Source of the DNA: Mytilus edulis
Lineage: Eukaryota
DNA: 64,000 bases
Assembly (NCBI RefSeq): GCF_963676685.1
Contig: NC_092354.1
Span: 22,940,001-23,004,000 of the forward strand
Reading direction: 5' to 3'
This document shows positions 1-13,094 of this stretch, one piece after another. The notes beneath the pieces were generated by a model. It did not search any database, was not told the origin of the DNA, and saw only the letters and a list, made by a program, of their open reading frames with translations. Both the position numbers and the translations under genes were made by a program. Each line of letters starts with the position of its first letter. Positions within the stretch are counted from its first letter, which is position 1.

Positions 1-780
1 ACTGATTCGGGTGTGTCTATTTTGTGTTGGTCTCAGCATTATGTATTCGGGTTTAGTTTTCTGTAATTAGTTAATACTTCAGTTTCATTATGTATATCTC
101 TTTAATATTCATTTGATAAAATTTACTGTTTGCAATAGCATGAATTGTTCTAAATAATAAGGATGTTCTTATCCCAAGCTTAAAAACAACGCCGTATTTG
201 GCACAACCTTTTTCAATTATTGATCTTCAGTGCTGTACAGTTTTGTACTTTTTTCACTTTTGATCTTTTATATCTGGTCGTCACTAGTGAGTCTTGTGTG
301 GACGAGGCGCGTTTTTTGGCGTATTGAATTTTAAACCTGATGCTTTTTGTTATCTATTAATCATGTGTATCTTTGTCTAATATGTTCTCCTATTTATTTG
401 TATTGTAGTCCTGTAATATTATGTTGTCATTTCAATGTTATATTTTACTTTGCCATTAAAGTGCGAGGTTTGGCATGCCACAAAACCAGGTTCAACCCAC
501 CATTTTTATTCCCCTTTAGAAATGTCCTGTACCAAGTCAGAAAGATGGCCATTGTAATATTATTGTTCGTTTCTGTGTGTGTTGCATTTTAACGTTGTGT
601 CGTTTGTTTTCTCTTATTTTTGAGATATTAAGACGTGGCACGGTACTTATGATATTATATTTGTTATTCTCGTAGTATTTTGTCTGATGCTTGATCCGTT
701 TCGGTGTTGTGTCGTTGTTCTCCTCTTATATGTAATGCGTTTGCCTCGGTTTTAGTTTGTTACCCCCATTTTGTTTTTTG
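1..780 (+). repeat. Interspersed repeat containing a degenerate hammerhead-like motif; related copy at 8725-9100
   Basis: 160-590 aligns by eye with 8730-9095 and with the hammerhead-bearing repeat at 53470-53668; core mutated (CTAGTGAG...GACGAGGCGCG at ~284-311). Confidence 0.65.
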
Positions 781-865
781 TTAAGAGGGGGGTAGGTCAG
801 TAAAAAAAACTATCTGAATTAAGTTTTTTGTCCTACATTTAACTTTTGATGTCGTCCCTAACTGT

Positions 866-1623
866 ACCTGTTGTTGGTTAGAGTTCCCTGAACTCTTAAT
901 CTCCATAACTGACAGATAAATACCAAATTGGACCAATCCATTTTCTATCTTGCCTATCTTGCAAACTTCTTTTAAATACTATCAAACATTGTTGGCAGGA
1001 GATAAAAATACCAACCGCTACTTCCTGGTACTGAATGGTTGTCTGTAGATAACGCCAACATTTCGTCATCTGTTAGCAGCATAATACTGGTCTTTGCTGA
1101 GAGAAAATGAAAGCTATCTAAAACGCTTGCCGAAGTGGGGCGTCCGTTTGGCTGTGCGGGATGTTTGTAGTCACGTCAGGTCAGAACGGGGACGTTAAAT
1201 CAAATCTCTCGTTTAAAGAGAGTGCCACGCTCTTTGCACGTAAAAAAACCTTGAACAACTCTGTGAGGGCCCGTAGGTGGCCTGTTGCAAGACAAAATTT
1301 CTGTCCTTATCAAATATGCTCTCATTTTCCAGTGGCATACCAAATTTCCCCGACCATCATCTCAAATGGCCTCTATTATGACAAGACCTACCTATTGTAT
1401 TTATTGTGAGCTTGTTTTCGTCCTGAATATACATGGAATATTTATCACTGGACGTTAAGCAACAAACAATCAATCAATCTGAATGGTTGGCTGTGGATGA
1501 CGCTCAAACTTCGTCATCTGTTAACAGCATAATACTGGTGTTTGATGAGAGAAAATGAAAGCTATCTTGATCTATTTCCACTCCATCCTCAGCTAGTACA
1601 AATCTCAGAAAATCTTTCTCGAC
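866..1623 (-). pseudogene. CIDE-N-like domain pseudo-exon, disrupted by a SINE
   Basis: After acceptor ttcatttag, minus strand reads VEKDFLRFVLAEDGVEIDQDSFHFLSSNTSIMLLTDDEV*, resembling CIDE-N (LVLxEDGTxVDxxxF...T.LMLL..GE.W); stop at the conserved W position. Confidence 0.5.
1119..1478 (+). mobile_element. SINE family A, 5'-truncated copy
   Basis: Matches 34777-35198 from AAAACGCTTGCCGAAG to the (CAAT)n tail; flanked by an ~88-bp direct duplication. Confidence 0.9.
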
Positions 1624-1727
1624 CTAAATGAAATAAAATATCTCGTTATTGGTCAAATGTGTGCCAACTAGATTGTCATCTTAGTATATCTTTTGTGATT
1701 GGTATAGTAGTTGCTTTTTAAATAGTT

Positions 1728-1818
1728 GTTGATTTGAAAATTGTGAAATATTTTATAGTTGATTTGAAAATTGTGAAATATTTTATTGTTGATTTGAAAA
1801 TTGTGAAATATTTTATTA
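1728..1818. repeat. 30-bp minisatellite x3
   Basis: GTTGATTTGAAAATTGTGAAATATTTTAT(A/T) repeated three times; ORF 1718-1921 shows the 10-aa period. Confidence 0.9.
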
Positions 1819-2129
1819 TGTTGTATGTTTTTATTACATAGGTTTTACTTCGGGTTTTATTTTTACAGTGTTGAAAGGTGGATTGAATAATTATGTCTTG
1901 CGCAACAAGAGCCTGAATCATTAATAGGACTAAACTTGTAAAACATTGTTGAAAAGAACATCAGATTTCCAAAGCGGTCGGATATATATTTACAAGCCCC
2001 TGACATCTAGGACGGTGTACTGTTATTGAAAAAAAAATCCCATTGAATAAATATGAATTCTGATTGGCCTCTCAACCTAATCCCTGGAGAGAGAAAAACC
2101 ACTCGGGGTATCTGTATACAATTATGACT

Positions 2130-2560
2130 TTTTTTGGTAAATTAAGGGGGTGGTAGGGTCACCCAAAATTTAATAAGTTCCGTAACTTGACCCACCTAGA
2201 CCTTGGGTTAAGGCAACCTTATGCAAGTGCCTATCATTTGTACCTAGAGGGGACAAAAGTTTTGTCGTAGGGATTTTTTTATGAATTAAATAAGGGAGAT
2301 GGTAGGGTCACCCTACCCCAACTTTGGACCTCAATTTAAAAGTTCCGTAACTTTACCCACCTAGGTCTTTGGGTCCAGGCAACCTTAGGCAAGTGCCTAT
2401 CAAATTTCTGAGTAAACTTTGTGTTGGTACTTCCTCAGAACCAACCTTTATTTACATTACAAACAACCATACCTTGTCAGAACTAAACTTTCTGAGTAAA
2501 CTGAATGCTGTAGCTCCTCACACCAACCTTAAGTAACAGTAAAGGCAACCATACCTTGTC
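2130..2560. repeat. Two adjacent tandem duplications (~165 bp x2 and ~84 bp x2)
   Basis: GGTAGGGTCACCC...GGCAACCTTA.GCAAGTGCCTATCA twice; TTTCTGAGTAAACT...CAACCATACCTTGTCA twice. Confidence 0.75.
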
Positions 2561-4249
2561 AAAAATTAAGTTAACAATAAATATAAAAGTTAGGTCTTGT
2601 AGTAGAATTTATCCGGGATGATGGTTAAAGCAATTGTAAGACAGACACACAAAGTTCAATAGAAAAAAAAGACACACCAACTATGACGGACATCACTACA
2701 GCAAGAAAAAACATCAGGCAGTCAGTTTTCTTTTTTGAATTGTTCTCACTTTTGTGATATTTGGCTCTTTTATGGCTCACTATTGCTATACGGCTTTAAC
2801 TCATTATGATGATTTTGAAAGGCCGCGCTACTGTTAATTCCCATTCCATTTCCACTCTTGTGATTTAAAACCCGTTTCATTTAAACTGATCTAAGGATTT
2901 TGCCCCAAAATGTTTTGAAATTACCAATAAGCATTAAAAATTTAAAAAAAGAAAAAAAACCAAACTTCAAGTGAAAGAAGTATTCAAAATACACAAAATT
3001 TGACATACCTGTGAGGTTGGTGGATTTCTCTAAAATCGGCCTCTAATTTAACCTTTTTCAAGAATAATGAAAGTAGTGAACGTCATGCTTTATAATACAA
3101 AGGTAAACACATTTAACTCTTATTCAACTCAAGAGTATGGTCGCTGATTTCCATTTCATTACAATAATTATTTAAGTGAATGGAAAAAGTCAATATGAAG
3201 TCACAATTGTTTTTTTTTCCCCGAGGACAGATCTAAGTAATCAAGACCTGACAGAAAGGCATTGGGAAAAAACCAGTGAATGTCCTTGTTATCATTGTCT
3301 TGCCTTTGGTGATTTGTCTTAATATACATGTCTAAGTTATCACCTGTGATCTTCATTTTTGGGGTTGTCTTTAATTTTCTCCTAACAGGTTCTTTGATGT
3401 TTCTCCAGCTTTTTCCAAATAACTTTGTTCAGTACATATACCATAATTTTTATCAAGTACAATTTCACTGTTTTAAGAAAGAAAAATTAAGCACTTTATT
3501 TATTGATTGAATCAGAAATCACTAGTTGATTGTAAGAAAATATTGCAGGCACAACATGGTGGTAATATCCTGAGAGGGTGTTCGATGATTTGTCATATAG
3601 CCCCTGGTCAACCACATTAACCCGTTAGTGTATATATAGACAAAAAGGGGAATAATATGGTACCTCATCACTTACATTACCAGCAACAGCTATCAACGCT
3701 GAGTTTTTGTTGTTTCTGGAGAACATTAAGACAATGTATGCTACTACCACACTGATTATATTTCTTATTTCTACAACAGACGGATTGTTTACAGAAACAT
3801 TTATCAGCAATTTCCGGGAAATTTTAAACCAGGACAGTCTGCTGCTTTGGGGTTTTTTTTTTGACAATTTATTTTCGCAACAAGTCGAAACAATTTTTTT
3901 CTTTCAATTTTAGCATTATATATAGTGGCAGCTGAGGGTGAAATGTTATGAAAGGATTTAGGACACTTTTAGAAATAATTAGAAATTGAAATAAAATAGA
4001 GCTTATTAAAACAAAAATTATATATTTCTAATTTATTAAGTCAGTTAAAAGTAAAAGAGAATATAAATGTCAAATAATTCATTGGCATAAGACAATGTAA
4101 AACAATTCAAACGAGAAAACTAACGGCCTTATTTGTGTCAGACAAAAAAAAATGAACCAAACACAAATATGTAACACATAAACAAACGACAACCACTGAA
4201 TTACAGACTCCTGACTTGGGACAGGCACATACATAAATAATGTGGCGGG

Positions 4250-4690
4250 GTATTTCAATGATAGACAATGTTCACCATGTCCTTCGGGATAATGTCCAAT
4301 CGTTATAATAGGAAGGTATCTTGTTATAGTATTACTTCCATCGGGCCTTAATAAAGTAGTCCCGTGGTTTAATGTGGAAACAATATCAATTTGAACATTA
4401 AACATATCTGATATAGTCTGTAAGGTGATCTGATCACCAAACTCTGTGTCTCTTGCCATTCTCAGTAAGTATTAGGACCTCGATTATATTATCATATTTG
4501 ACCAAAGAACTCTATTATTAGCTGATTGCCCAAGATAAGTAATGACTTCGCGTCGTAATGTTTCTGCCGATCGATAAATACCGAGTCTTTTCAACTGATG
4601 TAAAATGGCTGCAAATTGACAATTACCATCACCAGGTGGATTTAAAGCAACTGTTAATCTAAAATCAGATATAAGATTGTAAGTTTTATC
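4250..4690 (-). pseudogene. OTU-family cysteine protease (deubiquitinase) domain, disrupted
   Basis: PGDGNCQFAAI (OTU Cys motif), LRREVITYL, FGDQITLQ, IGHYPEGHGEHCLSL (His motif); stops separate ORFs 4484-4708 and 4079-4459. Confidence 0.8.
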
Positions 4691-4789
4691 TTTTGGGGTT
4701 AAAATCATGTTGTAAGGTGATTAATAATTTGAGTGTTTTTCAGTCTATTTTATCGCGGGAATACGCCTACTACAACGTTTACTGTATAA

Positions 4790-6665
4790 AGGAAGATTTG
4801 TCTTCAAACATACATAACAGTCAAGCCGAACAAATTGGGCAACAAAGCGTTCTTACCTTATTTAAAAATAAGAAGAATAAAAACAATTGCAATAGAAACA
4901 TTTAAAATAATTCACAAAAAAAGTCCGAGCTACCTTCAGGATTTGATTGATATCAAAACTAATAAGTATGATTCAAGATCACAGAAAAAAGCAGTTCGAA
5001 CTACTAAGTATGGCTTAAGCTCGTTTCGCTATAATGCTGCATAAATCTGGAATGAGCTACCGAACCATTGTCGAGTGGAAACATCTTTTGACCAATTCAA
5101 ACTAGAGGCTCTCAAGAGCCTGTGTCGCTCACCTGTTACTGTAGTTACTGATGTCGGCCATCTTGGTTGGTAGGCGAGGTCATTAGACTTTTTTTAAATA
5201 GATACTCTAGTAATGATTGTGGCCAAGTTTGGTTTAATTTGGCCCAGTTTTAGAAAAGAAGATTTTTGTACAAGTTACAAAAATGACGAAAAGTTGTTAA
5301 AAATTGACTATAAAGGGCAATTACTCCTTAAGGGGTCCTCTGACAATTTTGGTAATGTTAACTTATTTGTAGATCTTACTTTGCTGAACATTATTGCTGT
5401 TTACAGTTTATCTCTATCTATAATGGTATTCACGATTATAACCAAAAACTGCAAAATTTCCTTTAAATTACCAATTTTAGGCCAGCAACCCAACAACGGG
5501 TTGTGGGATTCATCTGAAAATTTATGAGGGGATATTTCTTATTCTGATGGACATTTAAATCTTGAAAGATTTGTTCTAAATGTCTTAGTTTCAAAGATAT
5601 ATAGCAAAAACAGCATTTTACCACTATGTTCTAATTTTAGCCATGTCGGCCATTTTGTTTGGTAGGCGAGGTCATCGGACACATTTTAAAAACTATATAC
5701 CACAATGATGATTGTGGCCAAGTTTAGTTCAATTTGGCTTAGTAGTTTCAGAGAAGAAGATTTTTGTACAAGTTACAAAAAAAAAACGAAAAGTTGTAAA
5801 AAATTGACTATAAAGGACAATAACTCCTTAAGGGGTTGACAATTATTTGTAGGTCTTACTCGGCTGAACATTATTGCTGTTTACAGTTTATCTCTATCTA
5901 TAATAGTATTCAAAATAATAACCAAAAGCTGCAAAATTTACTTAAAATTACCAATTCAGGGGCAGCAACCCATCAACAGGTTGTCCGAATCGTCTGAAAA
6001 TTTCAGGGCAGATAGGTCAGATTTGCTCTAAATGCTTTGGTTTCAAAGATATAAGCCAAAATATACATTTTACCCCTGTGTTCTATTTTTAGCCATGGCG
6101 GCCATCATGGTTTGATGGCCAGGTCACCGGACACATTTTTTAAATGTTTTTATTTTTAGAATTTTTTAGATACCCCAAGGATGATTGTGGCCAAGTTTGT
6201 TTAAGTTTGGCCCTGTAGTTTCAGAGGAGAAGATTTTTGTAAAAGTTTACAGACGACGGACGCCAAGTGATGAGAAAAGCTCACTTGACCTTTCAGGTCA
6301 GGTGAACTAAAAATTGGTACAAACATTGGATCCAAGTAAAAGCTCATGCCAGTGCAGTGCATGCATATAGAGTTTATGCCTGTTTTATTTTACTTCTATT
6401 TTCTGTGTGACTATATGATTTGTGCAATCTTATTATTAACTTGTGCTGTGTTTTAAGTGTACTATATGCTTTTAACTTATATATGTCATTTGTGGTATCT
6501 GACTATGCATTATATGTTTACAATTGTGTTCTTTTGATGACTTTTGTATTGTATTGTATTGTGTGTGTGTGTATTGTATTTTGTTATTAAGTCGATTTGA
6601 AAAGCTCACTAGAGCTTGTGTTATGTAGTTTATTGAATATCGACTCTTTGAATTGAATTGAATTT
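4790..6665 (+). mobile_element. CR1/L2-type LINE 3' end, interrupted by a HINE
   Basis: RIKTIAIETFKIIHKKSPSYL...TTKYGLSSFRY..IWNELP...FK resumes after the insert as KLVQTLDPSKSSCQCSAC; 3' UTR ends in (GAATT)n. Confidence 0.75.
5099..6310 (-). mobile_element. Non-autonomous Helentron-associated element (HINE; pearl/MgE-like), family 3
   Basis: Terminal hairpin GGCTCT-CA-AGAGCC, subTIRs GCTCACCTG / CAGGTGAAC, GACG microsatellite, ~490-bp internal repeats, inserted in an A/T run. Confidence 0.8.
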
Positions 6666-7093
6666 TCCGATTTGAAATTAACATTGCACGCAACAGTGAG
6701 TTTGAAAAAGAAAATCTTGGCTAACAGTTGATGTTGTACTAAACTTAACAAAATGAATGGAGCATATAGGTCACATTGTATGTACCTACAATTTTACAAA
6801 AGCGTTGTGCTGGCTTTCAACTTAAGGGCTCGTTGTATAGGTATGGTAGGCACGATAAGGAGTAACCGTAAATAATATCCCAAAACTATGCAAAGAAAGT
6901 AACAAATGTATTTGTATAAGGTGTAAGTTTTTCTCCATTGTTTCCTACCAGTAACTATTTGGTCAGCCGTAGCAACAGCGGGATGACGCCGAATTGATTT
7001 AGTAAAATATGACAAAATATTAACGTTTGTAAAATAAACTTAAATATATTTTTTTTTAATTGACACTTTGAAAAATACAACCTGGTCAGTCGA

Positions 7094-7487
7094 TTGATAG
7101 TTGGTTGCTTAACGTCCAGTGGCAAATATTTCATGCATATTCAGGACAAGAACAAGTTCACAATAAATATAATAGGTAGGTTGATACAATAGAGGCCATC
7201 TGGGATGATGGTCGGGCAAATTTGGACTGCCACTGGAAAATGAGGGTATATTGAATAGGGACAGAAATTTTGCCTTGCAACAGGCCACCTACGGACCCCT
7301 CAAACATTTGTTGCAAGGGTTCCTAACGTGCAAAGAGCGTGGCACTCTCTTTACACGAGGCATCGGACGTGACTGCAAACTTGATACTCCCGAACAGCCA
7401 AACGGACGCCCCACTTCGGCAAGCGTTTTACTGTTGGTGGGGAGAAGACCAAGTGCCCATACTTCTATACCCAAGTCACCCTTGGGG
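7094..7487 (-). mobile_element. SINE family A, full length
   Basis: Reverse complement of 34777-35198; degenerate 13-bp TSD CCTG(G/T)TCAGT(C/T)GA at 7081-7093 and 7491-7503. Confidence 0.9.
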
Positions 7488-8145
7488 TACCCTGTTCAGT
7501 TGAAAGTGATTGACAATACAACGACTCTAATATCGCGGAAATTCCCAGTGCTAAATTTCGATCAGTTCGTAGAAACTTAATTTTTACACCCATCAACAAA
7601 CAACAAACCGCAAGTAACCAAGAGCAAGGTGATTCAAATACATATTTTGTGTATGCATGAACAAAACAGATCACAAAGAAAGGTTTAAGAAGGATTGAAA
7701 ACAGGAGACCATGGTTGTCAATTGAAAAAAAAACAATTTGATTAGCTGTACGTGGTGTGAACAGCAATGGACCACTACAAAGCTTGAGACTTTGAAATCG
7801 CATGACACCAGTAATTCCCATATATAAAACAGGGATATTATAGCTGGGATATCAAAAGCAGCTGGTAATTTAGAAACAAGCAACGAAGTAAGTTGAATCA
7901 CTCAACATACCTGTAATTGATACATTGTCTTTATTGTTTATTGCTTTGTCTTTGTCCCTTTTCTTATTTTGAGTGGATGTCTAAACTAGATCAAATGAAA
8001 GGCCTAGATGTTGGGCCTACCTGAACAGGAAACGGGCAAAATAATTTACAGACTGCATTGCTTGAGTCCAGATGAACACCATCAAAGACAATATTCACAA
8101 GGCCAAATTTGTATGTATACTATCAGAAGGGAGCACGGATGCCAG

Positions 8146-8529
8146 TGTAACAGAAATTGAGATAATGTGAGGGTGTTTTAAGTAAATATGCATATTGAAT
8201 TATAGAGATGAAGTAATTAAACGCTTTGATAAGCTCAGTTGGTCAAGCTAATGTGTATCAGCTGTGATACTGTAAGGATGTTGTGTATTCCTTAAGCATG
8301 CTAAGTCTTGAATCAGTTAGATTCTGAAGGACTTGTATTTAAAGTTAATATGTGAAAACTTTGTAGCTAACTGTCAATAAGTCGACAGTAATGTACATTT
8401 GTTAATAAACTTGTTTATATAAATATCGTATTATTTAGTTACTGGGAATTTAGCACATAATATATTGTGCCATAGATGGTTATGTCCGTTCGTCTGTGTC
8501 GGTGTTGACCTCCCCTCGATCACGTTACA
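8146..8529 (+). mobile_element. Probable LTR (3' or solo LTR)
   Basis: TGTAAC...GTTACA inverted termini, AATAAA at ~8404, purine-rich tract shortly upstream; no TSD seen. Confidence 0.45.
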
Positions 8530-8724
8530 ATAAAATGAATGAATAAATATTTATTGCAAAAGCACAGACATTCTATGACAAAATTAACAACATTTTCTAC
8601 ATAATATAAAACACGAATAGACAGCAGAGAATAAAAGATTGAATAATACAATGACACTACATATAAAGTTATGAGACTATATATCTGATCGAATATTCCA
8701 TGTAGCTTTTAATTTTTTTTTTTA

Positions 8725-9100
8725 TCTTTTGGTCCTCGATGCTGTTCAACTTTGTACTTGTTTCGGCTTTCAAACTTTTGTATCTGGGCGTCACTAGTTG
8801 GTTTTGTGTGGACAAAATGCACTTCTGGCGTATCAACATTTTAACTTGTTGCCTTTTGTTGGCTGTTGTTCGTGTGATTCTTTGTCAATTGTGTTCTCCA
8901 ATTTATTTATATTGTAGTCCTGTGGTGTTGTGTTGTCATTTTGATGTTATATTTCACATGGCCAAATAAGTGCGAGGTTTGGCATGTCACAGAACCAGGT
9001 TCAACCCACCATTTTTTCCTTTAAAAATTACCTGTACCAAGTCAGGAATATGGCCATTTTTATAGTATAATTCGTTTCTGTGTGTGTGTTACATTTTATC
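8725..9100 (+). repeat. Second copy of the degenerate hammerhead-bearing repeat
   Basis: Colinear with 220-590; ORFs 347-592 and 8739-8969 share SPIYLYCSPV.LCCHF. Confidence 0.7.
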
Positions 9101-9227
9101 GTATGGGGTTATAGCATTTGTTCATGTGCACTGGCCTGGGTCCAGTATTCTCGTGTTTAGTCGTGATTTTTGCAGCACATATGTCTTTATTGAGAAGACA
9201 TAGTGCTGCCAACAAACAAACTCAAAG

Positions 9228-9482
9228 TCACTTTGGTGGTGGACCGAAAACACTGGCACACTCCTTCTGGAGTCTGACCGCGGAGATGATGTTGTTGCAG
9301 TACTCGTCCCTGGAAGCAAAAAGACGGCCCTTGGTCTGTGTTCTCTGCTTGCGCTGGTACCTTTGGGGCTTGCCTTCAGACACTAGCTTAAGCTGTAGAG
9401 GAATATCGAAGTCTTCCTTAAACAGTTCGATAACCAAGATATAGAAAGGCACTGGTCCTCTGGTGCAGACTGGTTTTGACAC
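9228..9482 (-). pseudogene. MULE-type transposase C-terminal fragment
   Basis: PFYILVIELFKE..IPLQLKLVSEGK.QRYQRK...GRLF resembles the C-terminus of invertebrate MULE transposases. Confidence 0.55.
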
Positions 9483-9889
9483 TGTTGTGCTACCCCTATT
9501 TCTATTTTCGGTCCCATGGAATTCATCACATACAACTATTTAGTCAACATTGTTTAGGATGGGTCCATTTTCACTAGTCAGTGCACCTACTGCTTAAGTA
9601 CTAGTTACATATATTTTTATCGAGAACATGTATATAATCCTAGACAATGTGATAAAAAGTGGAGCTTAAAAGGATTCCAGGGAACGATGTCTAATTTAGT
9701 TTGAACATCTAACATAACATTCTTTATTCCTGAGACGATTTGTTATATACATTAATCAAGAATAAATTATTACCCCACTTAACTGTCAATAGAGGTTTTT
9801 CTTTAAACTTTAAATATACCTTTATTTTATAAAGAATGAAATAGACCGATCATTAATGTCATCAGTACCATACCATTCAGTTCTTTCAG

Positions 9890-10006
9890 GAATAAGCCTG
9901 GCTTCAAACGGTACATGTGGAAGAAAAGGTTTTACATGTTATAAGAAGTTTGGGTCTGGATGGAAATATAATTGCAGCTGTTGTAATGACAGACCATGTT
10001 GCAAAT
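9890..10006 (+). CDS. Candidate phase-1/1 exon encoding a Cys-rich beta-defensin-like module
   Basis: Acceptor ttctttcag (AG 9888-9889), donor GTAAGC at 10007; 117 nt; ISLASNGTCGRKGFTCYKKFGSGWKYNCSCCNDRPCCK. Confidence 0.5.
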
Positions 10007-10250
10007 GTAAGCAGACATATAGAGCAAGCGATAGATTTTATCACTATTGAATGAATTGCATAGGAAATGATAAGGTTGAGAAAGAGCGTATCTAACTACA
10101 AAGGACAATACCTGTTTGTAAAAGTAGAGGGCACACAAACTTCTTAAATGATGCCTATAGTGACCCCCAATAAGATTGATCGATTGTTAGTTGCTAGGTG
10201 TACAGTGGCAAATATCTCATGCATGATCAGGACGAGCACAAGTTAACAAT

Positions 10251-10405
10251 TGGGGTTCGTGTTGTTTATTCTTTAGTTTTCTATGTTGTGTCATGTGTAC
10301 TATTGTTTTTCTGTTTGTCTTTTTCATTTTTAGCCATGGCGTTGTCAGTTTGTTTTAGATTTATGAGTTTGACTGTCCCTTTTGGTATCTTTCGTCCCTC
10401 TTTTA
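10251..10405 (+). mobile_element. 3' end fragment of the Penelope-like element, next to a SINE A tail fragment (10175-10230, minus)
   Basis: Near-identical to the reverse complement of 37543-37695. Confidence 0.85.
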
Positions 10406-11525
10406 AGTTATGCGGAACTGACAATTCTTAATGAAATCGTGTGATATACCTGGCATGACAATTATACTTTGTACGTCACACGTTAAAATAATAAAATGTG
10501 TCATTTATGGTATGGAGAGGTGCAATTAGGTAAACGGACAGAAAGTCACAGGACATCTCACATGGCAGGATTTTTAAAAGATCCAGTAGTTCTTAAAAAG
10601 TTTAAGGAGGTGGCACTGGAAAGAACAGTCAATTGTCATACTGCCTCAGATATATATGATACTTGGCACTTATGTTATATTGTTATACCTAAGCTATTTT
10701 TTTTTATATTTGAATGGTTTCTCTGCCTGTAGGAGAACACATAGTAAATAATATTTAGTGTTGCTTTTTGTTGTTAGTGTGATGAATTGTGATATTAAGA
10801 ATACTGTATAATAACTTCATATATTGTATGTAACCTTTAATCTTTGTCATTATTTTTAAATAACACAACCAACATTTGGTTGAACCTTTTTTATACTATA
10901 ATCCTGATAACAGTTTACTATTTTGTTGTGCCCTTTAAGAAACTGCAGCTGAACCTGAACCTTTTGAAATGCCGTACAGCAAACCGAATTCGTATACCTG
11001 TGATGTAGGTGTTTTTCTGCTGCCAGTTTCATTGGCAAGAGTGGGAATAAAAGATATTAATTAAGATAACATTTTAAGAGCAAAAATAACCTGAAGAATT
11101 GAATCACTTTCCACAAACAGGGACTATCTAATTTTAGGAAGCTGAATTCCTTTTACTATGTTTACCCTTCAATTTCTTTGCCAATTCTTGAGTAAGATTG
11201 GTGCTAGTTGGAGAGGTAGCCAATCAGCAAAACTGGTCAATCTGGAGCTAATTCCAAGTGTTAGATTTCATTTTTGTTTGTCTACGCATTTAGGCAGTAG
11301 CCATCAAAATAAAGCAACACAATTATTTTGTTATAATAAAACATGCAACCACGCATCCCATATTGCTGATAGGACCCGACACAAACATCAATTTCGTGTT
11401 TCAGTAGTTAAGCTTGGGATGGTCATTTTAAGATGCGTTATTTGAATATAATCAAATATGAAAATTATTCATGTTTATATTGATATATTTATATTTTAAA
11501 TTCTTCTTCAATATTAGGCATAGAC

Positions 11526-13094
11526 TTGTTAAATACATCTGAAGCTCAATTAAACATTTCAAAAGCCTTACTCATTATGCCAGATGAAACTGTAATAAAA
11601 TTAAAGAAAATACAAAGCAATAGTTGCGCTTTAATTAGATTAAAAGAAAGAATGTTAGTACCCGCTAATACTGAAACAGCTTTCAAAATTACAGTTCCAA
11701 CAAATATGAGGGAAAATAACATGTTAAAAGAACCTAATGCACATCTAGGAAAGCAAGGAATTTTAATATCCAATGCATTAGTAAATGCCAAAGATAATAA
11801 AGTTGTCATTTCTGCCCTTAATTGTACAGATTGGGATATAACACTGAAAAAAATAAAAGTGGTAGGAAATATTCAGTTTGTTAGTAAAATTTCTGAGTCT
11901 TTAGGGTGTAACAAATCAGATACTGAGGATTTAAAATGTATGCTTGAAAAGGTGTCCTCTAAACTTTCGAAAGAACAAAAAGAGAAAATAAAAAGGCTAA
12001 TTTTTAATTTTCAAGATATTTTTCTGGGACCCGAAGGGAAATTAGGTCGCACTGAACTTGTGAAACATACTATTGACACTGGTGATGCCAGGCCCATTAG
12101 AATTCCTCCGAGGAGAGTTGCTTTGGCTCAAAAAGACATTATAAGTCAGGAAATTGAAAAAATGTTAAAAGATGACATTATAGAGCCCAGCAATAGTCCA
12201 TGGAGTTCCCCTGTCTTGCTCTGTAAGAAAAAGGACCAGTCTTGGAGGTTCTGCATTGACTATAGAGGCCTTAACCTCTTGACCCGCAAGGATGCCTACC
12301 CTTTGCCCCGTATTGATACTTCTTTAGATTCATTGGGAGGAAATAAATGGTTTAGTACGATCGACCTAGCTTCCGGTTACTGGCAATGTTTAGTAGATGA
12401 AAAAGATAGACCAAAAACAGCCTTTTCTTGTCATCGTGGATTATTTCAATTTAAAGTAATGCCTTTTGGCCTGTGCAATGCACCTAGCTGTTTTGAGAGA
12501 CTTATGGAAATTGTATTACAAGGTTATCAGTGGGAAAGATGTTTATGTTATTTAGACGATGTTATCATTTTTGGACCTACTTTTGAAAAAGCACTTGAAA
12601 ATGTGGAATTTGTTTTTGAAAGATTTAGGCAAGCAAATTTAAAATTAAAACCCAAAAAGTGTTCTTTATTTCAACATCAAGTTTTATTTTTGGGACATTT
12701 AATTACGGACGAAGGCATTGCTTGTGATCCCTCAAAAATTGAAGCTGTACGTGATTGGCCTACCCCTAAAAATATCAATGAGGTTCGTAGCTTCTTAGGA
12801 CTAGCAGGATATTACAGACGTTTTATTCCTGAATTTTCGGAAATTGCCTCTACTCTCACTCATTTAACTAAAAAGGGGATACGGTTTGAATGGACCACAC
12901 AGTGTCAAGAGTCTTTTGAATGTCTAAAAGGCAAATTAATATCTGCTCCTATTTTAAATTATCCCTCAGAAACTGGTCAGTTTATTTTAGATACTGACGC
13001 CAGTGGACATGCCATTGGTGCAGTTCTTTCACAAATCCAAAATGGCGAAGAAAAAGTTCTTGCCTATGCCAGTAAAATGTTAAGTGACACCCAG
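11526..13094 (+). CDS. pol: Gypsy pol part 1: post-protease linker, reverse transcriptase, RNase H start
   Basis: SPWSSP, RFCIDYR, DAYPLP, DLASGYWQ, MPFGLCNAP, YLDD, FLGLAGYYRRFI, DTDAS; the last 30 aa of the listed ORF read into the HINE. Confidence 0.95.

Noticed and set aside
278-322. Active hammerheads at ~280 and ~8790
   Set aside because: CUGANGA and GAAA core nucleotides are mutated
7251-7580. Homologous short ORFs at 1161, 7251, 18875 and 30431 as a gene family
   Set aside because: They are frames within SINE A copies, with inconsistent starts and stops
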